From positions 6,539 to 70,538 of IMG/VR virus record IMGVR_UViG_3300027563_000006: a DNA stretch of 64,000 bases. The stretch is one strand, 5' to 3'. The position numbers and the translations under genes are program-made. Origin of the DNA: a virus (lineage: Duplodnaviria > Caudoviricetes). Each line of letters starts with the position of its first letter. Positions within the stretch are counted from its first letter, which is position 1. The notes under the pieces were generated by a model, which saw only the letters and a program-made list of their open reading frames with translations, was not told the DNA's origin and did not search any database. Positions 24,733 to 33,711 of this stretch are shown in pieces.

Positions 24733-26664
24733 TTAACACTCGCCAAGATCGCTTATATCTTTTCTTGAGGCGTGAAGCCTAAATAAAGCCAGTCTAGCCG
24801 AACCGGCCCAAGAAATCTTTGGTTGAAATAAATAACCAAATCTTGCTTTTCTATTGCCCCCCGCAACACATGAGTCGGGTGGCTTAATTGTTCTGACATT
24901 ATAATACCCGGGGGCTAAATCAAAAGGGGTGCAGCCCGTTAAGTTTTCGGTTTGAGTATCGAAGTCAACTTCATTTTGTTGCACCTTCAGGAATACTGGA
25001 AAATAGTCGGGGGCAAAGCTAAACTCCCAAGCTAAGGGACCCCGGATATCCGAAAAACCTATATCCGCCCGGACCAACTCTTTAATTTCGTAGGGGAAGT
25101 CCATGGACATTCTCCTCATTTCGACTGAAGAAGAAATGGGGGTTTCAATTTCTTCGTCGTTATCGCTTAGGAGAGTATCAAAATACGCTTCGTTTGTAAT
25201 TTGATACAAAGCATTCTTTCCGTCAGAACCGCAAACCAAGGCAAAACATTTTTGTACTCCTGAGAAAGAGGCGACAACAAACTTACAGACTTGTAACCCG
25301 GTCCACTCTCCGTCATACACGGGGGGATAATTTCCTTCATAGACGCCCGGGTTAAAATCTTGAGGAACAATTTTTGTAAAAACAATATTGTATTCCTCGT
25401 CGCTTTGAAAAACTTTTTGAATCTTAGGTGCGGAACCGTGAAGAGCCCTGTAATCAAAATAACAGGAGGGGGAATTTCTTTGCCACCTGGGAGTTTCATA
25501 GTTTATGACGCGGGTGGCTTCAATGCTGTCCGCCAGGCTGATAGCCGTCCCCCTGCCTTCTTGCAAGGATTGTCTCAAGGACCTAATCCCGTCTATAGCT
25601 TTGAAATAAATATCATTACTTATCGAGATAATAGAGTCATGACTTTCCGACCCCGCGTTAAGAAAAAGTTTTCTCTGCATGCCGGCGGTCGATTGCCAAA
25701 GTGTTCTATCGAAAATGTTAGCCCGAACAGCGCAAATTTCGTTTTCGGTAAAAACAATTAAATCGCCTTGCCCGGTTGAAGTATCTGTTCCTGGCAGAAA
25801 CGAAAGCCCGGTAATATTTGACTCAAAAGAAAAGCTTCCTCCGCCCGTCAAATATTGTTGTTCGGAAAAACGAATTTCTGAACCGGGATAACTACCGGCC
25901 AGATCCCCTGCATACAATTCATTATTATGGGCTACCCAAAGGCGACCATTACCAAAGGCCATAACCGAACCGGTGGGAACGGAGACATCTACTTGCAAGG
26001 GGCCGGGAGAAAAAAACCTTAACAAACCAAGGCCGGTCAGAGTACAAGTTTTACTTAAGGTAAGTTCCGTGGCGGAATCAATAGAAACAATTATGCTATT
26101 ATCCTGAACCCCTCGAGCTGCGCGAACAAGCATTCCCGGAAAAAGACCGGAGGTGGAAGAGCAGTTTAATCTTGCGTTATTGGCCCCCAAAGTGCAGGCC
26201 AACTCAAGAGAATCGACCGGATCTAATATTCTATTCGAGCGATAGGAGCTCGCTCCTGAGTAGATAATAGGCGAACTTAGTCCATCCTGAACGACTAGGA
26301 AATTATTGGCGGGCACAAGATTCGCTCTTCGTGAAACATAGTTATTGGTTTCATTCACGGGAGTGATGTCTTCAACGGGTTGCGCGGGCGACTCTGGTCT
26401 CAAACTGTACAGTCTTCCGTTAATTAAAGAAACAAGCTCTTCGCTGGATTGATTTTTAAAGTAACAAGCGCCCTGAATAACGCCGTTGGGTATAGCCTTG
26501 ATAAACTTAAAGCCTGGTCTTGAACGAGGGAACCCTCCGCGCACAACCATGTTTTGTCCCCAAGCAAACTGATTTGGCTTAATAAGCGAGGGATCAATAC
26601 TGGAGTTGGCGCCGCCTACAAACGAGACCATCCCCTCCACCAAGCGGTTGGTATCGCTAATCAT
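24733..26664 (-). CDS. putative tail nozzle/tubular protein B (beta-propeller-like)
   Basis: 643 aa beta-rich; GGANSSIDPSLI..NQFAWGQNMVVRGG...RPG N-terminus typical of P22 gp10/T7 gp12-like proteins. Confidence 0.65.
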   Translation of the reverse strand: MISDTNRLVEGMVSFVGGANSSIDPSLIKPNQFAWGQNMVVRGGFPRSRPGFKFIKAIPNGVIQGACYFKNQSSEELVSLINGRLYSLRPESPAQPVEDITPVNETNNYVSRRANLVPANNFLVVQDGLSSPIIYSGASSYRSNRILDPVDSLELACTLGANNARLNCSSTSGLFPGMLVRAARGVQDNSIIVSIDSATELTLSKTCTLTGLGLLRFFSPGPLQVDVSVPTGSVMAFGNGRLWVAHNNELYAGDLAGSYPGSEIRFSEQQYLTGGGSFSFESNITGLSFLPGTDTSTGQGDLIVFTENEICAVRANIFDRTLWQSTAGMQRKLFLNAGSESHDSIISISNDIYFKAIDGIRSLRQSLQEGRGTAISLADSIEATRVINYETPRWQRNSPSCYFDYRALHGSAPKIQKVFQSDEEYNIVFTKIVPQDFNPGVYEGNYPPVYDGEWTGLQVCKFVVASFSGVQKCFALVCGSDGKNALYQITNEAYFDTLLSDNDEEIETPISSSVEMRRMSMDFPYEIKELVRADIGFSDIRGPLAWEFSFAPDYFPVFLKVQQNEVDFDTQTENLTGCTPFDLAPGYYNVRTIKPPDSCVAGGNRKARFGYLFQPKISWAGSARLALFRLHASRKDISDLGEC

Positions 26665-26670
26665 ATCGAA

Positions 26671-29577
26671 TTAATAGTTTGTGGCCATAATATGCCAACG
26701 AAGAGAGGCGACGCCATCGCAAACAAGTGTGGCAAATCTTCCCCCTTGAGTGGCTGTGCCCGTGCCAGAGCCAACTCCGGTGGCCACAAAAGTAGTCCCC
26801 ACAGTATTTGTCGCTGCTCCTATTGATGTGAAAACAGTCGAGCCAACAGACAGAATGGTATAGGTAGAGCCAACAACAAAAAAGCCGGCTGTAACTGCTG
26901 GAATAATCGTGGAAGTATCATTACCGAGCATATCCCTAATGTTATTCTGATTGGAATTAATTAGGGCGCCTTGTCTTGTTCTTAAATGAATCGTTCTTCC
27001 AGAAATGGCGGCGGTAGGAGTTGGGAAAGTTAAGGTAAGAGTTGAGTTGACTGCTAAAGACACATCTAGAAAAGCATCTTCAGATGCTATGGTGTAGGCC
27101 GTGGAGAATACGCTGGTGAATTTTCTTAACAGGGCCCCGGTGGAACCGATTCTGGTATTTCCAATAAAATTAGAAGTCCCGTTGACCGTGAATTGTTCGG
27201 AGAGACTTGTGCTGGTGTTAATCCCCACCCTTCCGTTGGAATCGTTTTCAACGAACAACCTTGGATTTGCCTGGTTGTTAGAACCAACAAAAATGCCGTT
27301 TAATATTCCGCCCCCAAAAGTGACTCCGCCAGCAAGATTAACTACCCCAGTAAATCTTGAAGTCCCATTGACCGTGAATTGTTCGGAGAGACTTGTGCTG
27401 GTGTTAATGCCTACTCTGCCTACAAAAGTACCGGTTTCAACGAACAACCTTGGACTTGTTTGCCCGTCGGCTCTTACGATAAGACCTTCCGAAAGACCGC
27501 CCGGGAAGGCAGCCGAACCAGCAACGGAAATTCCGCCGGGGAAAGTGGCTCCCCCAATAAATCTTGAAGTCCCATTGACCGTAAATTGTTCTGTAAGACC
27601 CGTACTAGTGTTGATCCCCACTCTGCCTACAAAAGTACCGGTTTCAACGAACAACCTTGTACTTGGTTGCCCGTCGGCTCTTACGATAAGGCCCTCTGTA
27701 AATCCAGAAGGAATAGAAATTCCGCCGGGGAAATTGGCTACCCCAGTAAATCTTGAAGTCCCATTGACCGTGAATTGTTCGGAGAGACTTGTGCTGGTGT
27801 TAATGCCTACTCTGCCTACAAAAGTACCGGTTTCAACGAACAACCTTGTACTTGGTTGCCCGTCGGCTCTTACGATAAGACCGTTCGAAAGACCGCCCGT
27901 AAAAGAAATTCCTCCGAGGAAATTAGCTGCCCCAGTAAAATTAGAAGTCCCATTGACCGTAAATTGTTCTGTAAGACTCGTACTAGTGTTGATCCCCACT
28001 CTGCCGGTGGCATCGTTCTGGACGAACAGCTTTGTTACTGTTCCTCCGGAGGTGTTTACGATAAGACCTTCTGTGAGTCCGCTTGACAAAGAAATTCCAC
28101 CGGGAAAAGAAGCAAGTCCACTAGCACTTAAGGTCCCAGTGATAGCTGTGTTCCCGAGAATAGCTGTAGTTCCGACCACATCAAACGGGACTGTTGGGAT
28201 TGCTTTATTAATCCCAACTCGGTTACTGGTTGCATCAACAAAAATTACACCTTGGTCTACATTAAGATTCCCGGTGATAGTTGTGGCTCCGCTGATGGTT
28301 GTGGCTCCGGTGATGGTTGTAGTTCCGGTGATGGTTGTAGTTCCGATCACATCAAACGAGTTATCTGGGGTTGTTTTGTTAATTCCAACTCTATTATTGA
28401 TTGCATCTACGACAAGTGTATGTGAATCTACATTAAAATTTCCTCCGACGATAGCTGTAGTTCCGGTGATGGTTGTGGCTCCGACGATAGCTGTAGTTCC
28501 GGTGATGGTTGTGGCTCCGGTGATGGCTGAGATTCCAACCACATCAAATGGGACTGCTGGGTTTGTTTTATTGATTCCAACTCGATTATTGGTCGCGTCA
28601 GCAAAAATTAAACCCGAGTCCACATTAAAATTTCCTCCGGCGATAGCTGTAGTTCCGGTGATGGTTGTGGCTCCGGTGATAGCTGTAGTTCCGGTGATGG
28701 TTGTGGCTCCGAGGATGGCTGTGGTTCCGACCACATCAAACGGAACGGAAGGCGCGGCCGTGCCAACACCAACTCGATTATTAGCCGCATCCACGACAAG
28801 TGTATTTGAGTCTACAGCTAATCCGCCAGAAATTCTAGAATCTCCAACCACATCAAACGCTACGCTGGGGGTAGTGCCAATGCCAACTCGATTGGTGCTA
28901 GCGTCTACAACGAGCGTATTCGAGTCAACTGTTAGACCCTCAGAAACTGCGATCGGCCCAAAAAATGCGGAGGCATTGCTAGATCCCCCGGCAGTCCCAA
29001 CCTGAAAAGTTCCGTTTACATGGAGTAAGCTCGCTGGGGAAGCTATGCCCATGCCGACTCGGCCGGATCCGCCGCCGTTCGCTTGGCAATACAACAAGTG
29101 TTCAAGTGAAACTCCCTCAACCCTAAAATCAGAATTATTCCCGCTAGTATTGATTGTGACTGGTCCATCTAGGCTGGTGACTCCTCCTGTAGCTACGGAA
29201 AGAGAAGGAATGCTTCCCGCAATAGTTGCAATTGCGGTGGGGGTAACTTTTTTACCGGCGGCAACTGTGGCGTTAACAGCAACACCATCTGTGCTCAGTA
29301 ATGTGGCCGAGACAGAATTTACCGGACTGGGTGATATGCTTATTACGTTATAAGTTCCAGCTTGAGCGATATACAGGGCTTGGCCAACTGCTACCCACGC
29401 TGTTTCTGCTAAAAAGAATGTAGCCACCTGTCCTATGGCGGGCTGGATGAAGGAAGCGGTTAGAGTTGAAAACGCATTTATTCCGTTGGCCCCAATAGTC
29501 CCGTTAATCCCGGGAAGACCCTGAGGTCCTTGGGGCCCGGCCTGTCCAACAACAAGTGTGTTACAATCGCAGCTCAT
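26671..29577 (-). CDS. tail fibre protein with collagen-like start and tandem repeats (968 aa)
   Basis: GQAGPQGPQGLPG; repeated NRVGI(G/N)..P...FDV.G and ITGTTAI units; about 63-69 aa repeats. Confidence 0.8.
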   Translation of the reverse strand: MSCDCNTLVVGQAGPQGPQGLPGINGTIGANGINAFSTLTASFIQPAIGQVATFFLAETAWVAVGQALYIAQAGTYNVISISPSPVNSVSATLLSTDGVAVNATVAAGKKVTPTAIATIAGSIPSLSVATGGVTSLDGPVTINTSGNNSDFRVEGVSLEHLLYCQANGGGSGRVGMGIASPASLLHVNGTFQVGTAGGSSNASAFFGPIAVSEGLTVDSNTLVVDASTNRVGIGTTPSVAFDVVGDSRISGGLAVDSNTLVVDAANNRVGVGTAAPSVPFDVVGTTAILGATTITGTTAITGATTITGTTAIAGGNFNVDSGLIFADATNNRVGINKTNPAVPFDVVGISAITGATTITGTTAIVGATTITGTTAIVGGNFNVDSHTLVVDAINNRVGINKTTPDNSFDVIGTTTITGTTTITGATTISGATTITGNLNVDQGVIFVDATSNRVGINKAIPTVPFDVVGTTAILGNTAITGTLSASGLASFPGGISLSSGLTEGLIVNTSGGTVTKLFVQNDATGRVGINTSTSLTEQFTVNGTSNFTGAANFLGGISFTGGLSNGLIVRADGQPSTRLFVETGTFVGRVGINTSTSLSEQFTVNGTSRFTGVANFPGGISIPSGFTEGLIVRADGQPSTRLFVETGTFVGRVGINTSTGLTEQFTVNGTSRFIGGATFPGGISVAGSAAFPGGLSEGLIVRADGQTSPRLFVETGTFVGRVGINTSTSLSEQFTVNGTSRFTGVVNLAGGVTFGGGILNGIFVGSNNQANPRLFVENDSNGRVGINTSTSLSEQFTVNGTSNFIGNTRIGSTGALLRKFTSVFSTAYTIASEDAFLDVSLAVNSTLTLTFPTPTAAISGRTIHLRTRQGALINSNQNNIRDMLGNDTSTIIPAVTAGFFVVGSTYTILSVGSTVFTSIGAATNTVGTTFVATGVGSGTGTATQGGRFATLVCDGVASLRWHIMATNY
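27150..28100. repeat. five tandem 189-207 bp units in tail fibre gene
   Basis: 111 bp identical at 27342-27452 and 27738-27848; units alternate between two sequence types. Confidence 0.85.
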
Positions 29578-29587
29578 TTAGTTCTCC

Positions 29588-31192
29588 TTATGCAGTTTTG
29601 ATGATGGCGACTTTGAAGTTGTAAGCGGCTCCCGGGGTAATTGTTCCGGATGTCGGATTGTGAGCCCTAACAGTTACCGTATTGACGGCTGACACAAAAG
29701 CTTCGAAAACAAGTTTTCCGTTGGTAGCTCCACGACCAGCCGTATCTAAGCAAGTTACAAAAACAACATCGGTAGTAGCTGCACCAGTAAGTGTAATTGT
29801 TAAATCTACAAACCCTCCTGCAATGATAGCACCAAAAGAAAGTGATGTAGAAGCGCTAATCAAAGCAATCGGCAACGTTCCGGTGATATTGGGGAGAGTA
29901 ACTGTTCGGGCGGCGGTAGCGGAACCATTTAGGGTTGTTCTAGTGCCACTTATTCCAAATTGAATCGAGCCAACCCCCTGCGTATTTATACTGCCACCAC
30001 CATTTGAAAGAATTAGCGATCCACCATTACCACCCGCACCGCCAGAAATATCGATTCCACCCCCATCAGCACCATCCACAGCAGATGCGTTAATGCCTCC
30101 TCCATAGTTGGGTTGGCTGCCGTTTCCAGATAAATTTATGCTACCGCCATATAATGAAAGATTTATTGAACCCCCTTCGTTGCCAGTAGAAGTAAAACTC
30201 CCAGCTTGGGAGCCAGAGATATTTATTGACCCACCGCCATCTGAAGTATTGATTGAACCGCCACTACCGTTTGCACCGCCAGAAGTATTGATTGAACCGC
30301 CGTGATTTGAAGTATTGATTGATCCACCTACACCCTCACCACTTGCAGACATATTTAAACTACCCGCATTATATCCATCTGCACCAGTTGCGGTAATATT
30401 TCCCCCCGTATTTCCAGTTATGTCTCCAGATAGATTTATGCTTCCAGAGTTATTTAATAGAGTAATTGATCCACCACCATTAGCGAGGTTTATTGAACCG
30501 CCAGCTCCAGCATTTCCTCCAGAAATATCTATTGAGCCTCCATTGTTAGAAGTGTCTATTGAACCGCCAACGCCAAGTTCTCCTCCCGAGGTATTTATTG
30601 AACCGCCACCATCGCTGTCCCCCGCCGAAGTATTTATTGAACCGCCACTACCGTTTGCACCGCCAGAAGTATTGATTGAACCACCGCCATCCGAAGTATT
30701 GATTGATCCACCTACACCCTCACCACCACCCGAAGTATTAATTGAACCGCCAACGCCCTCATCACCGCCAGTAGTATTGATCGATCCACCGCCATTTGAA
30801 GTGTTGATTGAACCCCCATTTTCGCTATCCCCACCGGATGTATTTATTGAACCTCCACTATTACCACTACTAGAGCCTCTTGTGTCTATATATCCACCAG
30901 AACCATCGCTTCCCGTTGTGTTGATGTATCCGCCACTCGCACCGCCATTTGTCGCCGATGTGTCTATGTACCCACCTGCTTGACCGAGCGCATCCCCGCT
31001 TGTTTTTATGTACCCGCCAGTTCCAGCAAGATTCCTTGTATCGATTGAACCGCCACTCGGAAGAACAAGCGGGTTGGTAATAACTGCCGCTTCGACTTCT
31101 GCAATAAGTTGTGCTGGTGGAGGAGTAGTATTAGCCCCGGCTGTTCCGCAATCGCAATCTCGGGCGTAGTTATCGGGATTAGGAAAACTCAT
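29588..31192 (-). CDS. Gly-rich GGSINTS-repeat fibre/spike protein (534 aa)
   Basis: More than 20 GGSI(N/D)(T/L/I)S repeats; TLPNITG neck and beta-rich C-terminal head. Confidence 0.75.
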   Translation of the reverse strand: MSFPNPDNYARDCDCGTAGANTTPPPAQLIAEVEAAVITNPLVLPSGGSIDTRNLAGTGGYIKTSGDALGQAGGYIDTSATNGGASGGYINTTGSDGSGGYIDTRGSSSGNSGGSINTSGGDSENGGSINTSNGGGSINTTGGDEGVGGSINTSGGGEGVGGSINTSDGGGSINTSGGANGSGGSINTSAGDSDGGGSINTSGGELGVGGSIDTSNNGGSIDISGGNAGAGGSINLANGGGSITLLNNSGSINLSGDITGNTGGNITATGADGYNAGSLNMSASGEGVGGSINTSNHGGSINTSGGANGSGGSINTSDGGGSINISGSQAGSFTSTGNEGGSINLSLYGGSINLSGNGSQPNYGGGINASAVDGADGGGIDISGGAGGNGGSLILSNGGGSINTQGVGSIQFGISGTRTTLNGSATAARTVTLPNITGTLPIALISASTSLSFGAIIAGGFVDLTITLTGAATTDVVFVTCLDTAGRGATNGKLVFEAFVSAVNTVTVRAHNPTSGTITPGAAYNFKVAIIKTA

Positions 31193-31199
31193 CGCAGTG

Positions 31200-31227
31200 A
31201 TTATGCCTGTCTATAATTATGAGTCAA
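31200..31227 (-). promoter_or_regulatory. sigma70-like promoter, leaderless
   Basis: TTGACT-N16-CATAAT, 7 nt before ATG at 31192. Confidence 0.6.
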
Positions 31228-31234
31228 GCAATCC

Positions 31235-31627
31235 CTACTTGAGAGCAGACCAGTTGTCCCGCCATTTGCAGTTGGGCTCCATATAAATGGATTTTGTGCG
31301 GGGAAGCTTTTCCCTTGGTATAATAAACATAGCGTCCAGAGTTGTATGTAAAAAGATAAAGGCGTCGCAATCTCCCTTGGTGTATAACCTTTTCTCCATA
31401 TGGCCAAAACCAGGTCCCCGGATAGCAAAAAACTTTAATTTTCTCCTCTGGCAGTCATCGCTTCCACTCGTGGTTTTAACTTGGACACGTACCAGCTTGC
31501 CTTTCCAATCTGTAACCAAGTCATACCCATCGTCATAGATGGGTAGGCTTACAAGAAAGCCTTGTTCCATCAACTTGGTGGAAACCTTCTGTACGCCTAT
31601 TGCTCCTAGTCTAATGTTATTACTCAT
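31235..31627 (-). CDS. free-standing PD-(D/E)XK endonuclease (homing-endonuclease-like)
   Basis: G..G...V...L...GF.VS.P..DDGYDLV...G.LVRVQVKT motif. Confidence 0.8.
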   Translation of the reverse strand: MSNNIRLGAIGVQKVSTKLMEQGFLVSLPIYDDGYDLVTDWKGKLVRVQVKTTSGSDDCQRRKLKFFAIRGPGFGHMEKRLYTKGDCDAFIFLHTTLDAMFIIPREKLPRTKSIYMEPNCKWRDNWSALK

Positions 31628-32166
31628 AACCAGCTCCTTGCAAGTATTGTACCAAGGGGTCGGCGCTTGCGATAGACCCCATCCCCATCTCTACTACCAT
31701 CGTCGTTTGTATTACCCTCTATCGTTACAGCCCATTTTCCTTCGACTTTTTCGATGATACCCGTATGAGCCACGCGTTTAAGACTTTGAAAATAAATCCC
31801 AAAGGCATCGGCTCGATCTGGCTTCTTTCCGCGACCTCTGTCCCATGTAGGACTTTTAACGAAATCTGGGCTCCAAGCAGATCTCGGGAACGGGTTCTCT
31901 TTCTTGCCGAACGCTTCATCGCCTATGTATACCACCCAGGCCGCGCACCAGGGAGCCCTTGTTCCTTCTAGCCCTACTGAGGCTAGGATCTTGTCCACCA
32001 GGGGCCCGGAGTTCCCCCGCTCTTCTTTCCACCCGATTGTATCTCGGGCAACTTCCATAAGTCTTTCCACTCTTGCTCCTCGCGTCGGTAGGATTCCCTG
32101 AGCAATTCCCTCTCCGGAACCCAGCAAAGATAAAGATGCCAAAGCCAGCGCATAGATTATCCGCAT
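31624..32166 (-). CDS. CHAP-domain endolysin with N-terminal signal/SAR segment
   Basis: PWCAAWV (Cys), VAHTGII (His), TIEGNTN; hydrophobic MRIIYALALASLSLLGSG start. Confidence 0.8.
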   Translation of the reverse strand: MRIIYALALASLSLLGSGEGIAQGILPTRGARVERLMEVARDTIGWKEERGNSGPLVDKILASVGLEGTRAPWCAAWVVYIGDEAFGKKENPFPRSAWSPDFVKSPTWDRGRGKKPDRADAFGIYFQSLKRVAHTGIIEKVEGKWAVTIEGNTNDDGSRDGDGVYRKRRPLGTILARSWL

Positions 32167-32498
32167 AACAAGGCGAAAGCCAGGACGAGCCCGAGGAACA
32201 CGGCGATCAAAAGAGTCGCCCGAGTCTGCCCGCCTAACTCCCGCCAATCGTCTCCCAAGGTATTGTTATCTATGTAGTCATCAAGAAATTTAAACTCTAA
32301 ATTGATTATTAGCCAAGCTAATGACACCGCAAAGAAAAGCTTAACTGCCGAAAAGAGCACTACGTGTAGGGCACCAAGATCCACAACACCCGCGCCGGGG
32401 GAAATATTCTGAAGGATGGGGCCTAAAGCAAGAAATAAAACCACGCTACATGCCAAGGCCCCAAGACCTTGTGCGTTGTCTTTTAGCCACTTTTTCAC
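32157..32498 (-). CDS. putative holin (three hydrophobic segments)
   Basis: 113 aa, 3 TM-like stretches, adjacent to endolysin. Confidence 0.55.
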   Translation of the reverse strand: MKKWLKDNAQGLGALACSVVLFLALGPILQNISPGAGVVDLGALHVVLFSAVKLFFAVSLAWLIINLEFKFLDDYIDNNTLGDDWRELGGQTRATLLIAVFLGLVLAFALLCG

Positions 32499-32882
32499 TT
32501 AAAAGAGTTTAAGAATAGGAAACAGATTACGCAAGGCCAAAAATGCGGGCAAAAGAAGCATACCACCGATACCAATCAAACGCCATTTCCAGAGCATGCC
32601 AACCGCTTTGCTGTACTTGGCTTCAAGGTACTCAAGCCTTTCGGCCATCTCCGAACGTTCTTTGAAGTTCTTGTCGACCTGAGATTGAAGCTTTAGGATC
32701 TGGTCTTTGGTGTTGTCTAACTCATCTGCTACCGGTTTACAGGCTGGGATAGAACGAGCTATGGACTGCGCCTTCAATACGGAAGCAGTTGTGGCCTGAA
32801 GAGTCAATGAGCCAGAAGAACTATATTTCGTAGAGGCGCAGGACGTTAAAGTTAAGAGAACAAGAAGGAAAAGGAGGGGCAT
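32499..32882 (-). CDS. lipoprotein with C-terminal TM helix; unimolecular-spanin candidate
   Basis: Lipobox LTSC at residues 12-15, coiled-coil middle, C-terminal IGIGGMLLLPAFLAL; in lysis cassette. Confidence 0.55.
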   Translation of the reverse strand: MPLLFLLVLLTLTSCASTKYSSSGSLTLQATTASVLKAQSIARSIPACKPVADELDNTKDQILKLQSQVDKNFKERSEMAERLEYLEAKYSKAVGMLWKWRLIGIGGMLLLPAFLALRNLFPILKLF

Positions 32883-33682
32883 TATAGTTCCTTAATCCAC
32901 TTAAAGGACTCTGCAATCTGACGAGAAAATTCCTTGCCCAATACATCGTCCCAATCTTTTTTCAATGGCTCAACTTTATTACGGATAGTGTGATCGCCGT
33001 AAGGCCAGCCTAGTTCGTGTTCTGTGGTGTATTGTTCCACACTATTAAAATCGTGGTCGGGGGATTCTAGTTCTAAATACTTCCAAATAGCGTCCATAGT
33101 TTCTTTGGGTTCTTCGGTCAAAGATTCAAAGTGAACAAAGTGTAGTTTGTCCTTGTACCTCTTTACTGCGTCCGACAATCTTTCTACGGCAATACCAAGT
33201 GGAGGTATGTTGAGCCATCCCTGTGCTCTCTTCTCTATTGTTGTCCAGTTTTGCGGATTTTGTTTTTCAATTCCAGTCAAAGGAAATGGATGCTTTCGCC
33301 ATTTCTTTTCAAGAGAAGAGAGGATGCCACGCATATCACGAACTGGCACTAGCACTTTAGCGTTAGGCCAAATAGCAAAAAGCATGTCCAAATGCCCAAC
33401 CCAAGAGCGGCATTTGTCGACTACAATGGGCCGGTCGGTTAGCCTGTTAAAAGCGTTCTCGCAACCGCCCTTCACATAGTCATAAAACAAAGTCTCGCCA
33501 TCTTTGGGGTTGGGGATGGTTTTAAACTCTTCGGTGCTATAAAACTGTCTCGCTATGTATCCAATTTCGTGCAAGCCGCTGGTGGCTGTTGAATGAACTT
33601 TGGGATTTTGTGCGAGCAAGTTCATTAGTAAGGTTGACCCTGCCCTCGGCAGGCCAGAGACGAAGTGAATAGTTTTAGACAT
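32882..33682 (-). CDS. PAPS-dependent sulfotransferase-family protein
   Basis: 5'-PSB loop FVSGLPRAGSTLL; VVDKCRSW; VPVRDMRGILSS (3'-PB); HFVHFESLTEEP; start placed at MSKTIHF. Confidence 0.85.
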   Translation of the reverse strand: MSKTIHFVSGLPRAGSTLLMNLLAQNPKVHSTATSGLHEIGYIARQFYSTEEFKTIPNPKDGETLFYDYVKGGCENAFNRLTDRPIVVDKCRSWVGHLDMLFAIWPNAKVLVPVRDMRGILSSLEKKWRKHPFPLTGIEKQNPQNWTTIEKRAQGWLNIPPLGIAVERLSDAVKRYKDKLHFVHFESLTEEPKETMDAIWKYLELESPDHDFNSVEQYTTEHELGWPYGDHTIRNKVEPLKKDWDDVLGKEFSRQIAESFKWIKEL

Positions 33683-33711
33683 ACAAGGAGTGTGAATTAA
33701 AATAAGGATTT

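Noticed and set aside
27101-29005. 634-aa + strand ORF antisense to the tail fibre
   Set aside because: Mirror of the repetitive Gly/Thr/Val codons of the fibre gene; no independent motifs or start signals
29588-31192. Ice-nucleation protein
   Set aside because: The repeat unit does not match the InaZ AGYGSTxT octapeptide; ice binding remains only a testable speculation
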